From assembly GCA_030141605.1 (NCBI GenBank), contig JAQGDQ010002427.1:1-45468 (forward strand): a DNA stretch of 45,468 nt, written 5' to 3'. Of this stretch, positions 1 through 10,066 are shown piece by piece. Positions within the stretch are counted from its first letter, which is position 1. Every line of letters starts with the position of its first letter. The translations under genes were made by a program, and so were the position numbers. Below the pieces are notes generated by a model. The model was given only the letters and a program-made list of their open reading frames with translations. It was not told the origin of the DNA and made no database searches. This DNA is from Tubiluchus corallicola (Eukaryota > Animalia > Priapulida).

Positions 1-100
1 TGTTGCCTACGTGTTGCCTACCGAGAGAAATTTATACAAATTTAGAAGAATTTAGAAAGTTTTACAAAAATAAAAAAATAGCACTAATGTAGTGCTATCA
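1..100. mobile_element. Attachment-site-like end of an element integrated at the tRNA-Thr 3' end (element lies left of the window)
   Basis: Tandem TGTTGCCTAC x2 (1-21) and a TAGCACTA/TAGTGCTA inverted repeat (78-98) just beyond the tRNA CCA end; typical layout of tyrosine-integrase arm sites. Confidence 0.5.
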
Positions 101-111
101 TGATATTCAAA

Positions 112-187
112 TGGTGCCGCTTACCAGAGTCGAACTGATCACCTGCTGATTACAAGTCAGCTGCTCTACCAGATGAGCTAAAGCGGC
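112..187 (-). tRNA. tRNA-Thr(UGU)
   Basis: Reverse complement GCCGCTTTAGCTCATCTGGTAGAGCAGCTGACTTGTAATCAGCAGGTGATCAGTTCGACTCTGGTAAGCGGCACCA forms a cloverleaf; anticodon TGT; CCA end. Confidence 0.97.
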
Positions 188-191
188 AATT

Positions 192-269
192 TGGCGGGAG
201 TGACGAGACTCGAACTCGCGGCCACTGGCGTGACAGGCCAGTGCTCTAACCAAACTGAGCTACACCCCC
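192..269 (-). tRNA. tRNA-Asp(GUC)
   Basis: Reverse complement GGGGGTGTAGCTCAGTTTGGTTAGAGCACTGGCCTGTCACGCCAGTGGCCGCGAGTTCGAGTCTCGTCACTCCCGCCA; anticodon GTC. Confidence 0.97.
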
Positions 270-286
270 TGCTTAAGACAAGTATG

Positions 287-315
287 ATTATATCACTATT
301 AAAGTGTCTTGTCAA
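287..315 (-). promoter_or_regulatory. sigma70 promoter of the tRNA-Asp/tRNA-Thr operon
   Basis: Perfect TTGACA-17 nt-TATAAT on the minus strand just upstream of tRNA-Asp. Confidence 0.85.
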
Positions 316-337
316 CTATTTTTAAAAAATTTTATTC

Positions 338-1030
338 CTAGCCTATTCTTTTTATGTCTGCTAACTGGACAAAAGTTTCATCTAAGGCTTTTAATAAAGA
401 TAATCTATTATTTCTAAGTGATTCTTCGTCTGTATTTACAAGGACATTGTCAAAAAAGCTATTTATAACATTTTTCGTCTTATATATTTCATTAAAATAC
501 TCTAAATAAGCTCTATTGTTTATATGCTCTTCCAATAGTTTTTCCAAATCTACATAAGCATTAAAAAGGTTTTTTTCTGCATTTTCAACAAACAAATCAG
601 GGGATATCTCTGTAGAGTCATGTTTTTCTGATATGTTACCAACCCTTTTTATTAATTCAACTAATTCTTTAAAGTTCTCTTTCTCACTTATTGTTGTTAA
701 AGCTTCTATTTTTGTACGCATGTCATCTACATTTAAGCTTTCTGCTTTAGAAACTATTGCTTCAACTATATCTCTATCATATTTCTTTTCTTCAAATATG
801 CTTAAACATCTTTCCCTCATAAAGCTAATTACTTTATCATAAAGTTCTTGTGAGCTTATTTTCAATATATTTTTTTCTTCAAATATAGCTATGGCATATT
901 TTACAATTCTATTAATATTGAGAGAAATATCATTTTCTAACAAAGTTAGAACTATACCTTGAGCTGTTCTTCTAAGAGAAAATGGATCTTTAGATCCAGT
1001 TGATACAACTCCTACTCCAAAACACCCAAA
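338..1030 (-). pseudogene. glyS: Glycyl-tRNA synthetase beta subunit, C-terminal fragment only
   Basis: Frame extends upstream of the ORF call as GCFGVGVVSTGSKDPFSLRRTAQG; C-terminal DALR-like FFDNVLVN...LRNNRLSLL; in-frame TAA and loss of homology upstream of ~1030. Confidence 0.88.
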
Positions 1031-1045
1031 AAGCTTAGATTATAG

Positions 1046-2444
1046 GATAAACTCTTTAGATTGTTTTCAACAAATCAATGTTGCTAGGCCCAGCTTGAAA
1101 AAAATAGAAGGGAACATGGGTAAAATGATACTTGAGTCAAATATTTCATTCAACATATCAAGAAAACTAAATAAGGACGAATTACAAGAAACTATGAAGT
1201 ATTGTGAATATGATATTGATACAACAATAGATATATTCAAACTAAGAGAAAATGGATATTTCAAAACTAAGAAAATGTTAGTTGAAAAGCTAGGTAATAA
1301 AAAAGCTCAAAGATGGAATACAACTACAATAAGTGCTGCTTTATTATCTGAAAAAAATCTAAACAAATGGTCTTCTATCAGAGTGCCTGGGTTCATGTTT
1401 GAATATGTTGACGAAGAAATCAAAGACATGTGGTTACAACTTAATAGCTTTACAAATGACTTAAAAGTTAAAACAATTAATAAACAAGAGTTTGGAAATA
1501 ATATTATATTTGGTTTTGGGGGTCTCCATGGAGCTCCGCTTGGATCACTTAGAGCTAAAAACGTTAAACTACTTGATGTTACAAGCATGTATCCAAATAT
1601 TCTTATCAATATAAACGGTTTAGGACATGCAACTAAAACATACAAGGACATATTAGAAAAAAGAATTAAAATAAAACATAAAGATAAAGCTGAAAGCGAT
1701 GCCCTGAAACTCTTACTTAATAGTACGTATGGAAATTTGAATAATAAATACTCAAAATTATTTAATCCAAGAGCTGCTTACTCAGTATGTATATATGGTC
1801 AGATAGCACTGCATGTACTATCAAAAAGATTATCTAGAACTTGTAAAATAATTAACATAAATACAGATGGAATAGCTTTCACAACGAATAGCGAAGAATA
1901 CATAACAGTAGCTAAAGAATGGGAACAAGAGTTTAAATTAAACTTAGAAGAAGATCAATTTGATTTATTTATACAACGTGATGTTAATAATTATATTGCG
2001 GTTAAGGGTGAATATATAAAGTGTGTTGGAGGAGATGTTAATAAATATAATAATGACAAATTTTTTAGTAATAATAACGCTAGAATTATAGATATAGCAA
2101 TAGTCAATAAACTGGTTTACAGCAAAGACATATTAGAGACATTGTTAGAAAATATTGATAAACCGCATCTTTTTCAATATATATTGCAAGCAGGTAGAAC
2201 ATATAAAGGCACTTATGATAACGAAGGTAACAAATATCAAAATATTAATAGAATATTTGCATCAAAAATAGGAATTAATCTGCTAAAAAAAAGAGAAGAT
2301 GGCGGTTATGTTAAGTATGCTGACGCACCTGAAAAAATGTTTTTGCACAATGATGATTGTAATAAAATTAACAACTTCAAAGATATAATAGATTTAAACC
2401 ATTACTATCAAATAATAGAAAAAAAATTAAAAGCTTGGGAGTGA
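1046..2444 (+). CDS. Phage family B-type DNA polymerase, apparently N-terminally truncated
   Basis: Motifs DVTSMYP, KLLLNSTYG and NTDG; frame opens at DNSLDCFQQINVARPSLKKIEGNMG with no proper start or RBS. Confidence 0.8.
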
Positions 2445-2448
2445 TGCG

Positions 2449-4269
2449 ATGTATATAGAATTCAAAACAGGAAAAAAATACGCATCTAAAAACGCAGATA
2501 AAAGCGATACTCATAAACACTTTAAAGATGCAGGATACATATTAACAAATGATGATCTTATTATAGATATAGATTGTTTAGACAAACAAACAATAGAAAA
2601 ATTAATAAGTTACTGGAATATAAAAACACAATACACCTGGACAGAGCGTGGTATTCATTTATATTTCAAGAAACCACCAAACTTTAAAGGTGCTAAATGC
2701 ATATGTTCTTTAGGATTTGAAATAGAATATAAACATATCAGTAATACAAGAGCTATTACAGTAAAAAGAAATTGGAAAATTAGAAAAACAGTAAATTATG
2801 GAGTAAGAGAGAGTCTACCTGAAATATTTACTTATACTAGAAAATTTTCAACTCTACAGGGACTTTCAAATTGTGACGGTAGAAACAATGCTCTGTTTTC
2901 TCACAGAGGTAAGTTAGTAGGGTATTCATATGAAACAAGAATATTAAATTTTATTAATTTACACATCTTCAGCGAGCCTCTTAGCGAAGAGGAATTTAAA
3001 AGTATAACTAGAAACATTGTAATGATTGAAGGTAAAAACGTAGAATATAACACAGCTAGCGAGCTGATTAAAAGTTTTAATATTAATGTTCATAGAGATG
3101 AACTGTATTTCTACGATGGGGTCAAGTTTATAAATAATGATCTCAGATTAAAAAAAGCTATATTTCAATCAGTTGGAGAACAAAAGACTTTATTTGTTGA
3201 CGAAGTATTCAAACAAATGCTTTATAGAGGAAAAATAGTAGATAACGAAGAAGTTTTTAAGATAAAACTAGCAAACGGAGTATTAAGTAACGGAGAGTTT
3301 TATGAAATAGATTATAAAGAGTTTACTCCTTACTATATTGATATTGAATATAAAGAAAACACTAAAAGAGTAGCGATTGTAGATAAATATATAAATCAAT
3401 TATGTAACGGAGATCAAGATTATATTAATTTAGTCTTTGAAATTCTAGCACATACTTTGATTACAGATCATGAATTTAAAAGAATGCTTGCCAAATTCTT
3501 TATATTTGTTGGAGATGGTGGAAACGGCAAAGGGACTCTTCTAAATATAATTAGAAAAATATTAGACAACAAAAATTGCACAGGGTTAAGTATAAAAAAT
3601 CTATCAGACGAAAGATATGTATGTAACCTAGAAAATAAATTAGTCAATCTAGGTGACGATATACATGATCAACCCATAAATGATAAAGACATGAAAGCTT
3701 TAAAAAACATTAGCACATGCGATTATACAGAATTAAGGAAATTATTCAAAAACAGTAAGAGCGCTACTATTACAGCTAGCCTTATATTTACAAGCAATCA
3801 TATATTGAAGTCTTGGGAAAAGGGGGAAAGCTATAAAAGAAGAGTCATGTGGCTTCCAATGTACGGCAAGCCTAAAAGAAAAGATCCTAAGTTCATTACA
3901 AAACTAACTACTCAAGAATCATTGCAATATTGGATCAAATTAATAATTGACGGATATAAAAGGTTATATGAAAACGGTGGCTTCACAAAATGTGAAATTG
4001 TAAATGAATTTAATAAGAAATATCATGAAGACAATAACGGTTCAGAGGTATATATTCGTGATCTTTCAGAAGAAGATATAGTAGGAAAAACTAGTTCAGA
4101 AGTGTTTGCAGAATTTGAGATATGGTGTGAAGAAAACGATTATAACGCTTCTAAAAAGATGATGAATGATGCAATATATAAAATTCATAAGCTGAAAACT
4201 AAACTATCACGCGCAAATCAAAAAGTTAAAAGAGTCTACCAGAAAGTAGAAGAGAATCTCTATATGTAG
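2449..4269 (+). CDS. Phage primase / SF3 helicase (P4 alpha / D5-like)
   Basis: Prim-pol-like IIDID and T.RG.HLYF; PriCT-like GRNNAL; Walker A GDGGNGKGT; Walker B NLGDD; FTSN motif C. Confidence 0.88.
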   Translation: MYIEFKTGKKYASKNADKSDTHKHFKDAGYILTNDDLIIDIDCLDKQTIEKLISYWNIKTQYTWTERGIHLYFKKPPNFKGAKCICSLGFEIEYKHISNTRAITVKRNWKIRKTVNYGVRESLPEIFTYTRKFSTLQGLSNCDGRNNALFSHRGKLVGYSYETRILNFINLHIFSEPLSEEEFKSITRNIVMIEGKNVEYNTASELIKSFNINVHRDELYFYDGVKFINNDLRLKKAIFQSVGEQKTLFVDEVFKQMLYRGKIVDNEEVFKIKLANGVLSNGEFYEIDYKEFTPYYIDIEYKENTKRVAIVDKYINQLCNGDQDYINLVFEILAHTLITDHEFKRMLAKFFIFVGDGGNGKGTLLNIIRKILDNKNCTGLSIKNLSDERYVCNLENKLVNLGDDIHDQPINDKDMKALKNISTCDYTELRKLFKNSKSATITASLIFTSNHILKSWEKGESYKRRVMWLPMYGKPKRKDPKFITKLTTQESLQYWIKLIIDGYKRLYENGGFTKCEIVNEFNKKYHEDNNGSEVYIRDLSEEDIVGKTSSEVFAEFEIWCEENDYNASKKMMNDAIYKIHKLKTKLSRANQKVKRVYQKVEENLYM

Positions 4270-4540
4270 TTTGTAACAAAAAAAAGTTACAAATTTTGAT
4301 TTTGTTACAGTTTTGTTACACTTCTAACCCCTATTATTATTCTTTTTAAAAGAAATTGTAACAAAGTAACAAAAAAAAGAGTAAAAGTAGTATAGAGGGA
4401 ATAATATATGTAAGTAGTTATAACATATACTTCTATATATAAAAAGGATGAAAAAGTTTTTGTTACTGTTACAAAAACTCTCAAACATCTTAATTCATTG
4501 CGGTTAGAGTGTAACATAATATTTTTTAAAAATGTTACAT
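4270..4540. repeat. Iteron-like GTTAC(A)/(T)GTAAC repeat cluster, putative phage replication origin
   Basis: About 10 copies in both orientations in AT-rich non-coding DNA directly after the primase-helicase. Confidence 0.65.
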
Positions 4541-4796
4541 GTAGTTTTTTGAGAAAAAATATAAAGGAGGGAATTAATGAAAAATTCTAACTTAGTAATA
4601 GAAAATACTTTATCCAATATCATCTCTTTAACTAGAGAAGGTTTTTTAGTAGATAGAACGAGAAACTAAGGGTTTTAGGCATGAGGCTCAGAAGTTGATC
4701 TTGAAATGTATCGCTAGGGTTAGGAGATCATATAGAGTTTACATGAGTTAATAGAAGGGGTTGCCTGTTTGAGGGTGAAAAGAGATTTTATAGGAA

Positions 4797-5120
4797 TTGA
4801 AATTAGTGATAAGTATTTTGAAACAGGTAAGAAAAGAATGGAGGAAGAATATGGATATAAATATTGATATAAAAAAATTGTACAATCTATGTTTAAACTC
4901 TACAGATATAGAAATATCAGGAGATGAAATAGAGTTTCTATTATTCAATATAAATGATGAGAAAAGTTGCGGTATTTATTACTGTGATAAAGATGAAGAA
5001 GTTAAAATAGCTTTTACAGATGACGTATGCTCGGTAGCATTTAACTTGAATAGTTTAAATGACTACTATAAAGGGTTTAGAAAGCTTTTTGAAATACATG
5101 CAAAAGGGGAAGCTTCGTGA
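4797..5120 (+). CDS. Hypothetical phage protein (likely start ATG ~4851)
   Basis: ORF with GGAGG RBS before MDINID. Confidence 0.6.
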   Translation: MKLVISILKQVRKEWRKNMDINIDIKKLYNLCLNSTDIEISGDEIEFLLFNINDEKSCGIYYCDKDEEVKIAFTDDVCSVAFNLNSLNDYYKGFRKLFEIHAKGEAS

Positions 5121-5198
5121 TAAAAAAACATCAATACGTTTATAACAAATAGTATAAGAACATTTTTAATTGACAAAGTTTGAACAAAAGGAGGATAA

Positions 5199-5405
5199 GT
5201 GAACGAACACATTAACTACAGAATTATATACAATATAGATAGGCTTTCTAGAGAAAAAAATATGAAAAAAATTGAAATAGATGAACACATTCATACTAAG
5301 ATTTATCAAATAAAAAATAAAAATGCACTCCCTAATATAAAAACGTTAGTAAATTGGAGTAATACCTTAAATGTTGATATATCTGAACTTTTAAAAACTA
5401 TATAA
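5199..5405 (+). CDS. XRE/Cro-like HTH protein
   Basis: PNIKTLVNWSNTLNVDISELL XRE-type C-terminal pattern; AGGAGG RBS. Confidence 0.65.
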   Translation: MNEHINYRIIYNIDRLSREKNMKKIEIDEHIHTKIYQIKNKNALPNIKTLVNWSNTLNVDISELLKTI

Positions 5406-5507
5406 TTTTGCTATACACAAAAGTCTAAAAGTATGGTATAGTAAGAAACATAAAGGAGAAGTATTAGCATATTTGTGTTATTATTATTAATAATAAAGGA
5501 GAACACG

Positions 5508-5645
5508 TTGACGCTTGAAAGGGTAGTGCTAAAGATAGAAGAAACATTAAAAAAATTACCTTATGCTGAAATAGTTATTAAAATTCACAATGGTAAAATT
5601 ACTTTTATAGAAATTAAAGAAAAAATTAAAGGTCACAGGAATTGA
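5508..5645 (+). CDS. Small YezD/DUF2292-like protein (45 aa; not in the ORF track)
   Basis: AAAGGAG RBS + TTG; MTLERVVLKIEETLKKLPYAEIVIKIHNGKITFIEIKEKIKGHRN fits the Y-x-E-I-x-I-x-I-H-x-G-x-I pattern. Confidence 0.7.
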   Translation: MTLERVVLKIEETLKKLPYAEIVIKIHNGKITFIEIKEKIKGHRN

Positions 5646-5654
5646 GGTAAAATT

Positions 5655-6197
5655 ATGGGGAGCGGACCTGTAAATTTCATAATATCATTATTGTCTCTTA
5701 TACCGATACTGATTTTGATGATTGTCAGTCTTGATTTAGAGCTTAATTTTATAATATTTTTAATACTATTTATTTTAGCATCTTTTATATCTGCTAAATT
5801 AATTGATTTCTTCATTAGTATTATTGTAAAAAAAGGAAATTTGAGAAATTATAAATTAGTTAATATAGAATTATCAGAGGGTGAAATTCTTAATTCTTTC
5901 TCAAGTATTTTTTTACCAATATTATTAGCACTTGGATTATTATTTAATGAGTCTAAAAACAAAATGTATTTACTTATAAATATGTTTGGTGTTCTTTTAT
6001 ATTTAATTTTAATATTTAAGTCAAACACGTGGTATAGTAGCCCTATGTTAAAAATCTTTTCAAAATATAAAGTATACAAAGTAACAACAAGTAGGGGGCT
6101 TGTGTTACTTATGCTTAGTAAGCATAGTTTGGCTAAAACTATTCAGTTACAAACTATTGTTGAAATTAATGAAAATGTAATTGTGGGGGTTGATTAA
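5655..6197 (+). CDS. kwaA: Kiwa anti-phage transmembrane protein KwaA-like
   Basis: Four hydrophobic segments followed by YSSPMLKIFSKYKVYKV; directly upstream of a KwaB-like gene. Confidence 0.7.
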   Translation: MGSGPVNFIISLLSLIPILILMIVSLDLELNFIIFLILFILASFISAKLIDFFISIIVKKGNLRNYKLVNIELSEGEILNSFSSIFLPILLALGLLFNESKNKMYLLINMFGVLLYLILIFKSNTWYSSPMLKIFSKYKVYKVTTSRGLVLLMLSKHSLAKTIQLQTIVEINENVIVGVD

Positions 6198-7088
6198 ATG
6201 TTAAAAGATATAAAGATTGAAAACCTAGGGGTTTTAGGCATTGTCTATGTTCCAGGTAATAGATTAAGAGTTATAAGCGTAGACCAAACAGCACGTGAAT
6301 CCATATGTAAAAATTTAAGCGGTCAAATAGAAAATTTTGTTTTAGGGAAAGAAATTATTGACTATAAATATGATTATAAACCTGACGCAGACCAATTGGT
6401 TAAAATAAAAGAATTTAGAGATACTGATATTATTGCAGATTACATACAAGATAATTCGTACTTGGAAAGATTTAATGAAGAATTATTGAGTAATTTAAGA
6501 GCTTTATGTTTTTATGATATTAAAAGTCCTGATGCAATTGTGATACAGTCCTATAATGCAGTAAATATAATAAATAAAAAAAAACTAAGATTTTTTTTGG
6601 ATAATGATACATTTAAGCATTTTGATAAACCATTTATTGTAATAAAAAATAAGATTTCAGGGATATTAAAAGATGGGAATTTATTTTTCAATTCTTTTTA
6701 TGATATGAAAAGAATTTTTAATATGTCCGAGTACATTATAGAAGCCACTGAAGAAGATTTAATAAGTTTTATTGAACATGATATTTTTTCTTGTAGTCCT
6801 GAAACAGGTAGTCTTATTAATAAACCAAGCAGTTATACTAAAATGAAGGTAAAATCTATACAATTATCAGGAGTTTTAAATAGGTATACTCCTAAACAAC
6901 TGCAGGAAATAGCGAAGAATATGAGTATAGATCTAAAACTTGATAAAAGCTCTAAAATAATATTACCTCCTACACGCAATGAATTTAGTCAAATTCTTAA
7001 ATTTCTTGATGATGATATTTACTGGGGATCTTTAAATAAAGATAAGCTATACACGTCAAACTCAAAGCGAAAAACTGAAAAAAATTGA
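6198..7088 (+). CDS. kwaB: Kiwa anti-phage protein KwaB-like (DUF4868)
   Basis: ~300 aa with YDYKPD, MKRIFNMSEY..EAT and LKFLDDDIY...YTSNSKRK patterns; abuts the kwaA stop. Confidence 0.75.
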   Translation: MLKDIKIENLGVLGIVYVPGNRLRVISVDQTARESICKNLSGQIENFVLGKEIIDYKYDYKPDADQLVKIKEFRDTDIIADYIQDNSYLERFNEELLSNLRALCFYDIKSPDAIVIQSYNAVNIINKKKLRFFLDNDTFKHFDKPFIVIKNKISGILKDGNLFFNSFYDMKRIFNMSEYIIEATEEDLISFIEHDIFSCSPETGSLINKPSSYTKMKVKSIQLSGVLNRYTPKQLQEIAKNMSIDLKLDKSSKIILPPTRNEFSQILKFLDDDIYWGSLNKDKLYTSNSKRKTEKN

Positions 7089-7139
7089 ACTATAAAATTT
7101 GAAAAATAAATATAAATAATTAAATTATGACTGCACAAG

Positions 7140-7200
7140 GCAGAATAATTAGCAAGTTTGTTGATAATAACAGGCTCGTTTTTTATTCTGCTTTTTTATT
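7140..7200 (+). terminator. Long hairpin with U-tract after kwaB
   Basis: GCAGAATAA...TTATTCTGC followed by TTTTTT. Confidence 0.55.
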
Positions 7201-7443
7201 TAAAATTAAAAAATGGTTGTGCTAGCGTGTCTGCGTATTAAGTGAGCAACAGAGCTAGAGGGAAATTATGGGGTGGAATAATAACAATTATAGTTATTTA
7301 ACGACTGATAACTATTTGACATACAGGATGAAGCGTTTACACATAATATACTTATTTATATAAGAGAACATTTGTACACACTGCTACAATTATGCTTGTA
7401 ACGCTAAACTAAAAATAAAAATAGTATAAGCAAACAACTGTTT

Positions 7444-7490
7444 GGGTCCTTATGAGCTCGTAAAGCCTTGCGGGTCTTGCGATAGCCCAA
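7444..7490 (+). other. Putative lambda-like cos site (cosQ plus cosN-like)
   Basis: GGGTCCT (identical to lambda cosQ) followed ~22 nt later by GC-rich GGTCTTGCGATAGCCC, just upstream of terS. Confidence 0.5.
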
Positions 7491-7548
7491 ACCTTGAATA
7501 AATGCAGTGTTTAAAAAATTCAATGTCATGTCGTTTTGGAGAAAAAAA

Positions 7549-8080
7549 TATGATCAAAAACATAAAAAAAGAAGAAACAATACTACTCAAAGATCTTGCG
7601 TATATATTAGGTTTGAGCGCAAGGCAAGTACAAAGACTTGCTAATGATGGGGTTATAAAAAAAACACGACATGGGAAGTATATTTTTGCTGAATCTGTGC
7701 AAGGGTATGTCGCTTTTTTGAAAGATGACCAAATATCTGACATGGATTTAAAGGAACGTAAAGCATTAGCTGAAGCTAAATTGAAAGAAGCTCAAGAAAA
7801 AGAGAAAACTTTGAAAGTTAAATTAATGAAAAATGAATTACATGCTGCAAAAGATGTGAAACGTGTGATGACAGCGAGTTTCTTACGTGTAAAAAATATT
7901 TTGTTGGGCATACCTAGCAAGTTAGCTCCCATTATTTCTTTAGAAAGTGAACCCGCTAAAATACAAGTTGTATTAGATGAAAACATAAGAAATACGCTTA
8001 ATAACTTAAGTTCTTATAATATAAAAGATTTTGAAAAGTATGATTTTTTTGAGGATGATGAAGATGAAAATGAAGACTAG
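7549..8080 (+). CDS. Terminase small subunit (Nu1-like)
   Basis: N-terminal wHTH LAYILGLSARQVQRLA, coiled coil, acidic tail; GGAG RBS before ATG 7549; precedes terL. Confidence 0.82.
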
Positions 8081-9845
8081 TACGTTTAAATTATTTCAAG
8101 ATATACATACTGTTTTTAAAATCCCTGACAGACTTACTATAGATGAATGGGCAGATCGTTATAGAGTTTTGAGCTCAAAAACATCCGCTGAACCAGGTAA
8201 ATGGGTTACTTCTAGAGCACATTACCAACAAGGCATTATGAGTGCTATAAGTGATCCTAGTATAGATACAGTGGTATTAATGCTTCCAGCGCAGGTTGGA
8301 AAAACTGAAATACTACTAAATGTAATTGGTTACTATATGCACTATGACTCTACTTCAATTTTATATCTGATGCCTTCTCAGAAAATGGCTGAAGATTTTT
8401 CAAAAACAAGACTTGAGGACATGATTAACAGCACCCCAGAATTGAAAGTAAAGATACTTAAAGAAGAAACAGGGAGGGCTACAAAACTTCTGAAAGAATT
8501 TCAGGGAGGGTATTTGGCGCTAACTGGTGCTAATTCTCCAACAGAGCTTGCGAGTAGGCCTGTGCGAGTGCTTCTTGTTGACGAAATAGATAGATTTCCT
8601 GTATCGGCAGGGCAAGAAGGAGACCCTTTCAGTCTTGCGAAAGAGCGAACTAAGACATTTTGGAATAGAAAAGTTGTAGTCGTTTCTACTCCAACAATAA
8701 ACGGAGAGAGCCGTATAGAAGATTTGTATGAAAAATCAAGAAAAGGTAAATATTATTTGCCTTGCCCCAAGTGTGGATGTTTAAACACTTTGGTTTGGAA
8801 GAACTTCAATTTTGAACCTTTGGGCTACAGATGCGCTGAATGTTTAGAGCTTTCAACTGAACATGAGTGGAAGAAAAGCAAAGGATGTTGGCAATTTGAA
8901 GGTGAAGAAGGTAAAGTTGTAGGATTTCATTTGACAGAATTAGTATCACCTTGGAGCAGATGGGAGGACGTAAAAGATAAATTCCTTGAAGCTAAAGGCG
9001 ATGAACAAACAATGAAGGTGTTCACAAATACTACTCTTGCAGAAACTTGGGAAGAAAAAGGGGAAAAACTAGACTTTCAAGATTATCTGAAAAGAAGAGA
9101 AAATTATAATTGTGAGATTCCTGATGCCGTCAATGTACTTACTGCTGGAGTTGATGTACAAGATGATCGACTTGAAGTGGAGATAGTTGGATGGGGAGCA
9201 GATGAAGAAAGCTGGGGCGTTGAGTATAGAGTGTTCGTAGGGAGCCCTGGCAGGCTTGAAGTGTGGGAGCAATTAGAACGCTATCTTGATAAAGAATTTT
9301 CATACAGCAATGGAGAAAAGATACGAGTACTTAGTACTTGTATAGACAGCGGAGGACATTTTACACAAGAAGTATATCAATTCGTGAAACCTCGCGAAAA
9401 TAGAAGAATATTCGCTATAAAAGGTGTTGGTGGAGAAGGACGAGCTTATCTTAGTAAACCAAGTAAAAGTAATAGAGCTGGGGTAAACCTATTTTCAATA
9501 GGAGTTAATACAGGAAAAGAAACGATAGTATCAAGGTTGAAAATAGAAGAACCAGGTGCACGCTATATGCATTTTCCAAGTGAAATAGAAAGAGGATATG
9601 ACGAACAATATTTTAGGGGGCTGACCGCAGAGAAACGAGTTACAACTTATAGAAAAGGGGTAAGAAAAGTAATGTGGAAGCTGTCTGGGACGAAAAGAAA
9701 CGAACCTCTTGATGTTAGAAACTACGCGTACGCTGCTCTGAAAATAGCTAACCCTGATTTGACTAGAAAATACACAAATATAATAACAAAAAAAGTAACC
9801 AAAAAACGTAGAAGAAAAGTAAGATATGGAGGAATAGATGTTTGA
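8070..9845 (+). CDS. Terminase large subunit (lambda gpA family)
   Basis: AQVGKTE Walker A, LVDEIDRF Walker B, CPKC..CAEC zinc motif, GVDVQ and RNEPLD nuclease motifs. Confidence 0.95.
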   Translation: MKTSTFKLFQDIHTVFKIPDRLTIDEWADRYRVLSSKTSAEPGKWVTSRAHYQQGIMSAISDPSIDTVVLMLPAQVGKTEILLNVIGYYMHYDSTSILYLMPSQKMAEDFSKTRLEDMINSTPELKVKILKEETGRATKLLKEFQGGYLALTGANSPTELASRPVRVLLVDEIDRFPVSAGQEGDPFSLAKERTKTFWNRKVVVVSTPTINGESRIEDLYEKSRKGKYYLPCPKCGCLNTLVWKNFNFEPLGYRCAECLELSTEHEWKKSKGCWQFEGEEGKVVGFHLTELVSPWSRWEDVKDKFLEAKGDEQTMKVFTNTTLAETWEEKGEKLDFQDYLKRRENYNCEIPDAVNVLTAGVDVQDDRLEVEIVGWGADEESWGVEYRVFVGSPGRLEVWEQLERYLDKEFSYSNGEKIRVLSTCIDSGGHFTQEVYQFVKPRENRRIFAIKGVGGEGRAYLSKPSKSNRAGVNLFSIGVNTGKETIVSRLKIEEPGARYMHFPSEIERGYDEQYFRGLTAEKRVTTYRKGVRKVMWKLSGTKRNEPLDVRNYAYAALKIANPDLTRKYTNIITKKVTKKRRRKVRYGGIDV

Positions 9846-10056
9846 TACAAATATTTGTCAAAAAAGACTAGATATGTGGCTATTAGCTGAAGAAGCTTTA
9901 GTCACAGGAAAAGAATATAGAATAGGGAATAGATCGCTTGTAAAAAGTGACTTGAAAGAAGTATACCAAGCGATTCGATTTTGGCAAAAAGAATTAGAAA
10001 AATCTAAAAACAAAGGAAAAAGAAGGAAAACATACGTAGGGATACCTATGGATTAG
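9838..10056 (+). CDS. Head-tail joining protein (gpW / DUF6148-like)
   Basis: 72 aa between terL and portal; Y.IG.RSL...DL..V...I..W pattern. Confidence 0.75.
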   Translation: MFDTNICQKRLDMWLLAEEALVTGKEYRIGNRSLVKSDLKEVYQAIRFWQKELEKSKNKGKRRKTYVGIPMD

Positions 10057-10066
10057 GGGGCGAATT

